64,000 nucleotides of DNA from Macrostomum lignano. Lineage: Eukaryota. The notes under the pieces are model-generated. The model was not told where the DNA came from, ran no database searches, and saw only the letters and a program-made list of their open reading frames with translations. The position numbers and the translations under genes were made by a program. Below are positions 24,901 to 36,522 of this stretch, piece by piece (within the stretch, counting starts at the first letter, position 1; each line of letters starts with the position of its first letter). Where the stretch lies: the NCBI GenBank assembly GCA_002269645.1, contig NIVC01003133.1, positions 54,010 through 118,009 of the forward strand, given 5' to 3'.

Positions 24901-26159
24901 TGGGGGAGCGCAGGCAATAAAACACCTCGAACTGACTCTCAGGCGACTCTGACCATTTTTAGCGACTGTACCGCGACATCTCGTCGTTTTAGAGTCGTCT
25001 GAAATGACTCTGGCTACTCAAAGTGACTCTGGGACGCTTCTTGGCTTGGGTACTGTTTTCATCTTGTTCAGATTTGATGCTGGAGGCCAGAGCCCTCAGT
25101 TGTCGTGTGTGAAGCCTCACTCTCCCTTCCTAAACTGATTGTTATTAATGACATCCGTGCAAAGTTAGCCATCTGTTTACTATTAATATTCTTGTACTAA
25201 TCCTGTTTCCTGTCCAAAGCAGAAAGGCTCCAGTTAGGAAAAATCTGTCATAAAATGCTCATAAGTGTTTTTTCCTTACTACTGCTCAGCAACACCATAG
25301 TAGTGTAGAAGAATATTATTCAAAAAAGCAAACTCGTTCCCCAAATTATTCATATTTTTGTCATTTTTCTCTATTTGTTAAAACATAATTTGGTGAGCAA
25401 AATCGGTGCAATCTGTCTAATGTAAAACCAACAAACTGGTTTTTCTCTCATTCGTCTTCTCAGTTCTGCTTGTTTGTTTGTTTATTTACTTTCAAATTAA
25501 TTTCAAACACAGGCGAAAATTCAAAACATTGCTTAACGGAGTTTGGGCTGCCAGTGGGTGTTTCGTCAATAATTATTTTTGAAGAAGTCTTAGTTTTTAA
25601 AGTCTGACTGTTTTAATTGTGTTTTTTCTGTTGCTTTTGTTTTGCATTTATGTGTGCCTGTGTGTTCGGTTTATGTTTAAAAATTTGATTCTCTTGTTAT
25701 TATCCTATATCTACGTAACATATAAAATAGTTTATGTAGCATTACTACTTCGGTAAAATACACCCACATTGTGCATGCATATATAAATATTTTTTCTCTG
25801 CAAAGGCATCCCAATATTACTGAAATTTTAATCTACTATTATTAATGTAATGCCCCATTGTTTTTTGTCTCCCGCCCCCATCGGCCCTTCATTAATTTGG
25901 TTTTTAAACATGCGCAGCTGATTCGTTGGAAAAGAGCCATTGCAGACCAATACGTTCGATTCTGTGCATTACACTGAATCACTCAGCGTGGTGCAAAAAT
26001 AAACAAGAAGAAGGTTTGTGTACCTGGCCAGCAAATAGTGATTACTCATTCTGTTTGCTGCCTGATTTGTTGAATGAAAAACATTTTGCGAATTTGCTGC
26101 ATTCTTTTTTTGCTTTTGTGATCGATCCGGACTTCCTGATGTCAGGTCACTGGTAACTG

Positions 26160-26625
26160 GTCTTTTCCTTCCCTTCCTGTTCCTCTCTCCCTTCCTGTCC
26201 CTCTCTCCCCTCCTGTCCCTCTCTCCCTTCCTGTCCCTCTCTCCCTTCCTGTCCCTCTCTCCCCTCCTGTCCCTCTCTCCCTTCCTGTCCCTCTCTCCCC
26301 TCCTGTCCCTCTCTCCCTTCCTGTCCCTCTCTCCCTTCCTGTCCCTCTCTCCCTTCCCTTCCTGTCCCTCTCTCCCTTCCCTTCCTGTCCCTCTCTCCCT
26401 TCCCTTCCTGTCCCTCTCTCCCCTCCTGTCCCTCTCTCCCTTCCTGTCCCTCTCTCCCTTCCTGTCCCTCTCTCCCTTCCTGTCCCTCTCTCCCTTCCTG
26501 TCCCTCTCTCCCTTCCCTTCCTGTCCCTCTCTCCCTTCCCTTCCTGTCCCTCTCTCCCTTCCCTTCCTGTCCCTCTCTCCCTTCCCTTCCTGTCCCTCCC
26601 CCTTGTCCCTCTCTCTCTCTTACTG
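26160..26625. repeat. Polypyrimidine minisatellite (ccttcctgtccctctctc)n
   Basis: Direct inspection. Confidence 0.92.
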
Positions 26626-27709
26626 TTCCTCTCTTCCTTTCCCTCCTGTCCCTAGGGAGGGAAAAAGGTGCAGTCAGGTGCATTTCCAAAACATGCACGA
26701 AATAGGCCACTAAAGTGCCTCTTTTGTGCACCTCGCTCACCTTTTATGCCAACACAGGTGCATAACTTTTCCAACGGGCCTCTTTCCTTGTTCTCCCTCT
26801 CCCTGTCCCCTTCCTGCCCGTTTCTATAATTTTTTATCTGTATTCATTTTATAAATCTGAAATTCGTCAGCCAATACAAGTGGCCTTCCCCTATTAGCTG
26901 CTTCCACAAGTTGTAGAACCGCTATTCTAATTCGGTTCTTTTCGAACTATTAAAAAAGAAGCTTGTTAAAAAACCCGAGAATTTTGAATCACTTGGCGAG
27001 GGCATGCAGAATGGAATTCTGTACTAGCGCAAAACAGTGTGGGCAGGGCGTTTGCAGTTCACCCAGGTCACAGTCAGCCACTTGAGGCTCCGTACGTGCA
27101 TGCTCGTTTTAATTCGAAAAAAGGAGCACCCACCACCCCTTTGCGAGTCTTTAGGTAGGGGGTGGGGGTTGAATTTCTATTCTGTGCGGAAAATATGTAA
27201 ATACAGGTTTTGGATTTGTCTGCACGACATTTTAGCCAAAAATGGTTATTCAGTGAGATGAGACAGACGCATAAAGAGAGACAGAGAGCTGTGCCGCTGG
27301 CTGTGTCATGGACAACTAGAATGGAACATCTGGTTGAGGAAAAGGGACAACCTAACAGGTTGCTCTTATATATTCAGCAAATAAGTCACTTGCAACCGTA
27401 TTTAGTATCAAAACTACGAGTATATGGACTGACTGATGATTCTATCTGAGCTCCTTTTCATCCCTTATCGTAGATTTGTCCTACAGAATTTAATTTCCAA
27501 ATTCAATTTCGTATTTGTTAGTTGCAAGTGCTCCATGACCGCGCGCTTGAGTACAGCTGTTCTGAGCAACATCTTTCTTTTCGGAGCTGTGCTCGAGCGT
27601 ACCTGTAAGGACAGCCATTGGAATTCTATTGTTCATATTCTCTTCTACGCAAGGGTGTAGTGTGCGAAGGCTGGGTGCTAGAGTAAGTGCGCTCGGGAGC
27701 CTTCTCGAG

Positions 27710-27779
27710 TATAAAACCCTGTTGCCACCCATGCCTTCTATAACGTCTGAGCTGCTGTAGTGTAAAGGGCTGACTCAGC
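27710..27779 (+). promoter_or_regulatory. Candidate Mx core promoter: TATAAAA (27710-27716) and an AP-1/ARE/MARE-like GCTGACTCAGC (27769-27779)
   Basis: Motif matches 83 nt and 14 nt upstream of the ATG at 27793; no functional evidence. Confidence 0.4.
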
Positions 27780-27792
27780 CACCGAGACAGAC

Positions 27793-30700
27793 ATGTTCAA
27801 ACCGTCTGGTTCATCTGACGAATTCGGTTCGGCAATGCGCGGGTTGAAGTGAGTGCAACTTTGATGTTAATATTTTAATCTTTCTGTATTATATCCATAT
27901 TTTAAATGCTATGATGTACCCAAGGCCAAAGTCATTTAAGTTTTTACCTCTTAATTACGTCACAAATCTTTTTAAAACCAAGGTTACCAATCGTGGAAAG
28001 TTCCACAAGAAACAAGGTGACCAATCGTCGAAATTTCCACAAAAATCAAGGTCACCCATCGTGGAAAGTTCCACAAGAAAAGTCACGACTCGTGGAAAGT
28101 TCCACAAGAAACAGGGTCATGAATCGTGGAAAATTCCACAAGAAACAGGGTCACCAATCGTGGAAAGTTCCACAAGAAACAGGGTCACCAATCGCGAACT
28201 TTTAAAGTTTCAATAAATAATTTCACAAGTCAAGGCCATGGAAAGCTCCCTTAGAGTCAAGGTCACCCTTAACCGCACCCGCCTTAATCCGCAGGGGCTC
28301 CCGAACGCCCGGCCTCCGCCTGTCGGCTCGTCCGAGTCGTCGTCCGAGCGGCAGCTCCAGCTCGAATGCCGGAGAGCTCAGCATCGCTGGACCAGCCTGG
28401 ATTGTGCGCGGCCAGGAGGTGGTGAAGGACGAACCGGCCAAGGTGATCAAGTACCCGGAGCTGCACTCAGACCTGGCCAGGTAAAATACATATCCATTCA
28501 TTCTGGTTCGAAGGCCGATTGGGTTGTCGTGCAAGGCTACCAGACATTTCCCCTCGGGCATTTCCCCCTCCGGCGTCCGGAGTTCATAAGCCCGTCGTGA
28601 AATTCTCGTTAATGAGGGCCCATTGAGTCGCTTAGCTCGTGCAACCTACTCGTGAAATAAAACGCAATTTTCAGGTCCTACAACGAGCAAATCAAGCCGT
28701 GCTACGATCAGATTGCTAAACTACGAGCCCTCGGCTTTGCCAAGGAGCTCCGACTGCCATCCATCGTGGTGATCGGCGATCAGTCAACCGGGAAGAGCTC
28801 CGTTCTTGAGAGCATCAGCGGAGTTCGATTCCCGCGCGGCAACGGCGTTGTGACGCTCTGCCCGCTGCAGCTCAGCATGCGGACCAGCGATGACGGCAAG
28901 TGGCGCGGCAACATTCGCTACTACGACACCTACGGCAAGCTGATGAAGTGGGACATCGACGGGCCAGAGGATGTCGAAGACGCCATTCAGGAAGCGCAGA
29001 TGCGCATTACCGGCAATCAGCGCAACGTATCGAAGAGCATCATCGAGATGACGTTAGAAAGTCCGGAGTTGCCGAATTTGACGTTGATCGATTTGCCAGG
29101 CATTGCCAGGTACAATCACAACAGTGCGGAGAGCGGGAGCAGCCTGCACCAGCTGGTGAGTAGCCGATGGTTTCTGAGAAAGTGCCGCTATTGCCCATAC
29201 CCAGAAATAAAGTTTTTGGAAAAAAGAAGATGCTTTGAAGTCTTAACCTTTAAAAGTTGGTTTCTTTGAAAGGTTTCCTTCTCAGAAGGCGTTAAAATAG
29301 TAGAAAGTTTTTTAGAGTTTCCTAGAAAACGTGGCTTTGCAAGAAAGCATGGCTTTTCTATAAAGTGTGGCTTTCATAGAAAGCGTGGCCTTTCTTAGAA
29401 AGCTTGGCCTTCCTAGAAAGCGTGGCCTTCCTAGAAAGCCTGGCTTTTCCTAGAAAGCCTGGCCTTTCCTAGAAAGCGTGGCCTTCCTCGAAAGCCTGGC
29501 TTTTCCTAGAAAGCCTGGCCTTTTCTAGAAAGCGTGACCTTTCCTAGAAAGCGTCGCCTTTCCTAGAAAGCCTGGCCTTTCCTAGAAAGCGTGACCTTTC
29601 CTAAAAAGCGTCGCCTTTCCTAGAAAGCGTGGCCTTACCTAGAAAGAGTGGCCTTTCCTAGAAATCGGGGCCTTTTCTAGAAAGCCTGGCTTTTCTATAA
29701 AGTGTGGCTGGCTTTCCTTTTAAGTGTGGCTGTCCTAGAAAGTGTGGTTGTAATCTTTTTTTTCACAAGTCGTAGAATTTCTCAAAAATGAGAATGTAAA
29801 AAAGTTACGTTGCAGGAGCTGAAATATTTTTTTTGATTCTTAGACCGAGGAAAATTCTGTAAGAGTAATTCTTTCAAAAATTAGTCAGGCATTGAGATTT
29901 CAAAAAAATACAATTTCGCACGTTGGTTGTAAGTCCTTAACTTTAAAACAGCATTTACATCGAAAACTATATTCGCACTCTGCCAGACAACAGACATCAT
30001 CAAAGAGTACATCAGACGCGAGGAGACAATCATTCTGGTTGTGATTCCGCTGACTTCCGACACCGCCACAATGGAGGCACTGCAGCTGGCTAAGGACGCC
30101 GATCCCTACGGAATGCGCACAATTGGTGAGGTTCTCACATTTCAGACACTAAATTCATTCTTTCTTCGTGTCTAGACTACTGGTAGTAGCTCGAATGGAG
30201 CAACATACCTGAAGAAATTTAGATACATGTGAATTCCCTGGCTAGACGGTTTGACAATTTGAAAAAACCTAGACCGGACACTGCTATTGCTGGTGAATCT
30301 TCTGAACTGTTGCGATTCAAAATCGTTAACAAAAACTTTTTACCCCAACTCAGGCGTGCTCACCTTTCCTGACCTGGTGAACAAGGGCGCCCAGGAGGAG
30401 AAGCTGATGATTGCCAGAAACATCACCTACCCCCTGTCTAAGGGCTACGTCACTGTCAAATGCCGGAATCAGGAAGATATTAAGAATCGCAAATCGCTAA
30501 AGGACGCAAAGGCTGACGAGGCTTTGTTTTTTAACACTGACCCGTTCTTTAAACAACTGGACTCGATGTACCGAGGCTCCGATACGCTTGCTAGGAGATT
30601 GAGCGAGGAGCTGTTGTACCTCGTTAAGGTAAGACTTCTGTTATAGATAATTGCAAAATCGTCTAAATTAACTTTGATTCGTGCGTAAGTCCTCTGTTCT

Positions 30701-33700
30701 ACAGAGCCTGGCATCAATGGGGTTGGGTGCGTGCCCAGTCCCCCAGCCCGGCGTCAATGGGGTGGGTGCCCCAGTCCCCCAGCCCTGCATCAATGGGGTG
30801 GGTGCCCCAGTCCCCCAGCCTAGCGTCAATGGGGTGGGTGCCCCAGTCCCCCAGCCTGGCGTCAATGGGGTGGGTGCCTCAGTCCCCCAGCCCAGCGTCA
30901 ATGGGGTGGGTGCCCCAGTCCCCCAGCCTGGCGTCAATGGGGTGGGTGCCTCAGTCCCCCAACCCGGCGGCGCCAATGGGGTGGGTGCCTCAGTCCCCCA
31001 GCCCGGCGTCAATGGGGTGGGTGATCTAGTCCCCCAGCCCGGCGTCAATGGGGTGGGTGCCCCAGTCCCCAGCCCGGCGTCAATGGGGTGGGTGCCCAGT
31101 CCCCCAGCCCGGCGTCAATGGGGTGGGTGCCCCAGTCCGGTGTCCCTGGGGTGGATGCCCCAGTCCCCCAGCCCGGCGTTAATGGGGTGGGTGCCCCAGT
31201 CCCCAGCCCGGCGTCAATGGGGTGGGTGCCCCAGTCCCCAGCCCGGCGTCAATGGGGTGGGTGATCTAGTCCCCCAGCCCGGCGTCAATGGGGTGGGTGC
31301 CACAGTCCCCAGCCCGGCGTCAATGGGGTGGGTGCCCCAGTCCCCCAGCCCGGCGTCAATGGGGTGGGTGCCCCAGTCCGGTGTCCCTGGGGTGGGTGCC
31401 CCAGTCCCCCAGCCCGGCGTTAATGGGGTGGGTGCCCCAGTCCCCAGCCCGGCGTCAATGGGGTGGGTGCCCCAGTCCCCCAGCCCGGCGTCAATGGGGT
31501 GGGTGCCCCAGTCCCCAGCCCGGCGTCAATGGGGTGGGTGCCCCAGTCCGGTGTCCCTGGGGTGGGTGCCCCAGTCCCCCAGCCCGGCGTTAATGGGGTG
31601 GGTGTCCCAGTACCCCGATTCCTGAGTCACAAGCAGTTTTTCCACCTATTAATTCGCCTTATTCTTCTCTGCAGAAATTCATCCCAGAACTCATTAGCGA
31701 TGTGCAAAGCGTACGCGAGCGACTGGGCCAAGAGCTGGCCCAGATGGGCAAAGGTCCGCCCGAGGACGACCGCTCGAAGGTGGCCCTGATTGCCAGAATG
31801 TTTAACGACTTTACCAAACTATTCGAGAAAGAGGCCTCAGGTATGAGGTTCTAAAATGTGTCCAAATCCTACTAAGAAACTCTAGGGCACTAGGGCACAG
31901 TTAGTCAAGGCGGCGATGCGACCCCCCTCCCGACTAACTTATCCGCAGGCAAGTCGCACAACTTCCAAGAGGACTCCGGCAAGAAGAACCTCCACCAGCG
32001 CTGCCGACAGCACTGGTGCAATCTGGCCGAGCAGATTGAGAAAACTGTGCGCCAGATCGGCGACGACGACGCCAAAATTCGCAAAGCCGTGCGCGACTTT
32101 TTGGACGATCAGCGCGGTCGCGAACTGCCTAACTTTCAGTCGGCTTACCCGGTCATCGAGTGCATCATCCGCCAGCGACTGGTGGCGCCGCTGCGTCAGC
32201 TGGCGTTGCACTGCCTCCGGGATGTGAGCGTCGAGGTTGACGACACGCTGAGGGATCTGGCTGACTCGGTTTTCACCTCCTATCCGAGGCTCAATCAGTA
32301 TGTTAAGGTAAGTGTCTCCTGTGAGACATCAGTGACATTACAGCCGATGCTTAATTAAGAATGAATGACTCATGGGCTGTGTACACTGGTGCATGCTTTG
32401 GTTATTTAGACGAACGACTCATTGGCTGTGTACACTGGTGCATGCTTTGGTTATTTAGACGAACGACTCATTGGCTGTGTACACTGGTGCATGCTTCGGT
32501 TATTTGGACGAATGACTCATTGGCTGTGTACACTGGTGCATGCTTCGGTTATTTGGACGAATGACTCATTGGCTGTGTACACTGGTGCATGCTTCGGTTA
32601 TTTGGTCGAATGACTCATGGGCTGTGTACACTGGTGCATGCTTCGGTTATTTGGACGAATGACTCATTGGCTGTGTACACTGGTGCATGCTTCGGTTATT
32701 TGGTCGAATGACTCATTGGCTGTGTACACTGGTGCATGCTTCGGTTATTTGGACGAATGACTCATTGGCTGTGTACACTGGTGCATGCTTCGGTTATTTG
32801 GACGAATGACTCATTGGCTGTGTACACTGGTGCATGCTTCGGTTATTTGGACGAATGACTCATTGGCTGTGTACACTGGTGCATGCTTCGGTTATTTGGA
32901 CGAATGACTCATTGGCTGTGTACACTGGTGCATGCTTCGGTTATTTGGACGAATGACTCATTGGCTGTGTACACTGGTACATGCTTCGGTTATTTGGTCG
33001 AATGACTCATTGGCTGTGTACACTGGTACATGCTTCGGTTATTTGGTCGAATGACTGGTCTACAGCGGTGGTAGCCAAACAATTTCTGACAAAACAGCTG
33101 CAATCGTGAGTCATCTCCAAACAAAACCGCAGGAGTCTGTGCAGGGCATCAAAGAGCGCATGTACTCTCGGGCCAAGGACGATCTAGATCGTCAGTTCGA
33201 CCAGGAGAGCTACGTGTGGACCAACGATTTGACATTCGACGATGAATCCAACAGACGCGAGGCTACCCGCTCTCTGGTGATGAACGTTATGGTGCTGCCG
33301 AATCGGAATATGTACTCTTTCACTGAGCAGTTCAACCGCCAATCCGTGGAGTGGATCGCTGACCATTGTTGTCGTGAGTGTGAAATGATTATTTCATTTG
33401 TTTAAATTAAATTAAATTAAATTAATATCACGCAACTAGCTACTAAAGGAGAAATAGAAGAATATTACGCAACAAATTGAACACAGAGTCCATGCACTTT
33501 TCATCTAGGTCCTGAGGACGAGTCTAACACGGAGTTCGCTGCCTGGTTTCAAGGCATTTTTCAGCGTAAGGGCACTTTTTCTATTTGTATCCCAAATACT
33601 ACGCGTACACCTCTATAAAATCCTGTCATAAGCAGCACGTGTACTTTAAAATACACAGAGTACTTCAGCCAGAGCTCCGCGTCACAAGACGAGAAGGCAT

Positions 33701-34311
33701 CCGGCCCGAAATCACCTCGCGGCGCCGATCACGAGCCTGATGAAGCCATCGAAAGGTGTCTAAACTCGTTGCACGCCTACATGAAGGTGAGTTAGAATAG
33801 TTTTGCATTGCAGTTCTTAAAATATGCTAAGAGAAAGCATTTCGAAGACTTTTGTTTTGTTTCTTTAAATAGAACTCTGTTCTGACGTCAGTCAATTTGT
33901 TTCTATAAATAGATTGAACTGTTGTGACGTCATTCTAAATGTTTCTAAAAATAGATCAAAGCTTTTTGATATGCTACGCTCGTATATTGTTATTTAATCC
34001 GTATGATAGCGACTCTCTCGAAAAATAGCAAAATATAAAATCGATTGAAAGAAATTACTTGCATCTTCACCGCCGAGCAGATCGCCTTCACCCGCATGAT
34101 TGACAACGCGCCGCTCTGCATGATGCACTTCATGCTTTACAAGCTGGCCGACGAACTCTGCAACGAGGTCAGCATCTTTCAGCAGGAGTCTGAGAAGCTG
34201 GACCAGCTGCTAGAGGAGAAGGAAGGCATCCGGATTCACCGGATCGAGACTAAAAACCGGATGAAAGCTCTGGCCGAGGCTGAGAACGATCTCTGCCGCA
34301 TCTCGCTTTAG
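27793..34311 (+). CDS. MX: Mx-like dynamin-superfamily large GTPase, 11 exons, 772 aa (27793-27848, 28295-28480, 28675-29155, 29987-30125, 30354-30628, 31675-31840, 31949-32307, 33133-33373, 33509-33565, 33659-33786, 34081-34311)
   Basis: All ten junctions are GT-AG and phase-consistent (2319 nt). YNEQIKPCYD..LRALG..L.LPSIVVIGDQSTGKSSVLESISG (G1), LTLIDLPGI (G3), GYVTVKCRNQ, RGRELPNF and a C-terminal GED are present, with no PH or proline-rich domain, which indicates Mx rather than classical dynamin. Confidence 0.9.
27975..28195. repeat. ~34-bp minisatellite in Mx intron 1 with palindromic core GTGGAAAGTTCCAC
   Basis: Cores at ~27994, 28062, 28093, 28127 and 28161, plus a degenerate one at ~28029. 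Confidence 0.85.
29275..29745. repeat. ~19-bp minisatellite in Mx intron 3 with core TTCCTAGAA
   Basis: About 15 TTC-N3-GAA matches, 11 of them exactly TTCCTAGAA. Confidence 0.88.
30705..31615. repeat. ~35-bp GC-rich minisatellite in Mx intron 5 (cgtcaatggggtgggtgccccagtcccccagcccgg)n
   Basis: Direct inspection. Confidence 0.92.
32359..33057. repeat. 49-bp minisatellite in Mx intron 7, ~14 copies
   Basis: Unit gaatgactcattggctgtgtacactggtgcatgcttcggttatttggac. Confidence 0.93.
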
Positions 34312-35084
34312 ATTGGGCAAGCTCGCGCGACGAATGTTTCGATACATATCGGTTCTATATCTTTAATCCATTTTTAAAAACCTTGTGGTACACCAAGAAT
34401 TTCGCTATTATCGAATTCTGATTAAACTTCTTTTATCGTCGTGTACTAATTAATATATATTCGCCTTTGATGCTGTTTTGACTCATATTAACAATTTTAT
34501 TTCGTCATGACCCGGGCATTGCTATCATAGTCTAATGTTAGATTTTGTTCTGTGTTATAACATCTTTAAATTTTCAATAATTGTGATACAAAATTGTTAA
34601 ACGAAACTTTTAGAAAACTTGCTTAAAAATTGTTTTTAATAAATAAAAGTGCTCATAAATCTATTAAAATCTATGATTATTAATGCTGTTAATTTCTTAT
34701 ATACTTGTTCAATATTTTAGTTCTAAACTTACGTCAGTCTACTTTTTGTAGGTCTGCTGCGCGCATGTTTCGTTCGAGTTTACACAGTCAATATCAGTCA
34801 TTAGTGAACTTTATAATACTACTAAATTTATACAGTTGAGGTACATGAGGACTTTACCTACATGTTTATCCCACGGCTATCAAATAATTCAAACTGTTTA
34901 TTTGCGTGCTTTTGATAATAGGTGCCTGACAGGGCCCATTGATAAGGGGCAAAGGAGTGTAGGCCAAGGGAAAGGTTAGCTAGTGACCAAGTGAGGGATG
35001 AGAGTTAAAGATAAAAGAGAATTTAAAAAAACAGCCTAACAGACAGACAGGCAGGCACGAAGCCACTGAGACACCGAGAAACTA

Positions 35085-35700
35085 ATTCACTAAGATACTA
35101 ATGCACTAATAAGATACTGATGCACTAAGATACTAATACACTAAGATACTAAGGCACTAAGATACCAATGCACTAATAAGATACTAATGCACTTGACACT
35201 AAGACACTAATGCACTAGACACTAAGGCACTAATGCACTAATGCACTAGACACTAAGGCACTAATGCACTAGACACTAAGGCACTAATGCACTAGACACT
35301 AAGACACTAATGCACTAGAAACTAAGGCACTAATGCACTAGACACTAAGACACTAATGCACTAGAAACTAAGGCACTAATTCACTAGACACTAAGACACT
35401 AATGCACTAGACACTAAGACACTAATACACTAGACACTAAGGCACTAATGCACTAGAAACTAAGGCACTAATACACTAGACACTAAGGCACTAATGCACT
35501 AGAAACTAAGGCACTAATGCACTAGACACTAAGGCACTAATGCACTAGACACTAAGGCACTAATGCACTAGACACTAAGGCACTAATGCACTAGAAACTA
35601 AGGCACTAATGCACTAGACACTAAGGCACTAATGCACTAGACACTAAGGCACTAATGCACTAGAAACTAAGGCACTAATACACTAGACACTAAGGCACTA
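35085..35700. repeat. ~23-bp minisatellite (gcactaatgcactagacactaag)n
   Basis: Intergenic, between the Mx and CD225 genes. Confidence 0.9.
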
Positions 35701-36159
35701 AAACCGACAGTCATCAGTAACGCAAGGAATTGATACAATAAAGATAAATACAAAATATAATCGATTGCGCACATACAAGACTTTTCATTTTTAGTATAAT
35801 TGAAGAGATTTAGTATATTTAGATTGAAAGATAAAATTGACTTGGTTAACTTTTACTTCGCTCGTATGCACGATTCTAAGAATCAAACTAATTTTGTATG
35901 ATGCGGGAAATTTTTGTCTCGTTAAAGTTTGCAACCTTTGCAAAATGGCTTAGTGTGTCTTCATACTAGGTCTCAGACATGCATAAGTCGATATATTCTG
36001 TGAATAAATTTGTATGACATTAATACCAGTTACCATTTTTATAAAATATTTATTGCAACAGAGGGCAGTTACAGAAAACATTTTGAGAGTTTTTAATCAC
36101 CTTTGAGTCTAATCAGGATCAAGTTTGAGTCTAGATAAATAACAATAAGACAGAGTTTT

Positions 36160-36415
36160 GAGGCCGGGTTTCGGGTCCAGATTGAGACAGGGTTTGAGTC
36201 TAGATTGAGACAGAGTTTGAGTCTAGATTGAGACTAGTTTTGAGTCTAGATTGAGACTAGTTTTGAGTCTAGATTGAGACTAGTTTTGAGTCTAGATTGA
36301 GACCAGTTTTGAGTCTAGATTGAGACACGGTTTGAATCTAGATTGAGACCGGGTTTGAGTCTAGATTGAGACACGGTTTGAGTCTAGATTGAGACCGGGT
36401 TTGAGTCTAGACAGA
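36160..36415. repeat. ~24-bp minisatellite (ttgagtctagattgagac-nnn)n
   Basis: Downstream of the CD225 gene stop. Confidence 0.85.
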
Positions 36416-36522
36416 GACAGTATTTGGGGACACTTAGGTGTTGGTTTGAAGTTAATTAACATCATGTTTGAGTCCGATTGACATGAAGAAGCATGAGTAG
36501 CAACAAAAACATTTTTTAATCA

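Noticed and set aside
25075-25142. Possible C/D box snoRNA (ttgatgc...ctga)
   Set aside because: The C box is imperfect, there is no convincing terminal stem or guide, and it is not in an identified intron.
28238-28600. ORF 28238-28600 as the Mx N-terminus
   Set aside because: It is in the wrong frame; the phase-consistent path is exon 27793-27848 into 28295-28480.
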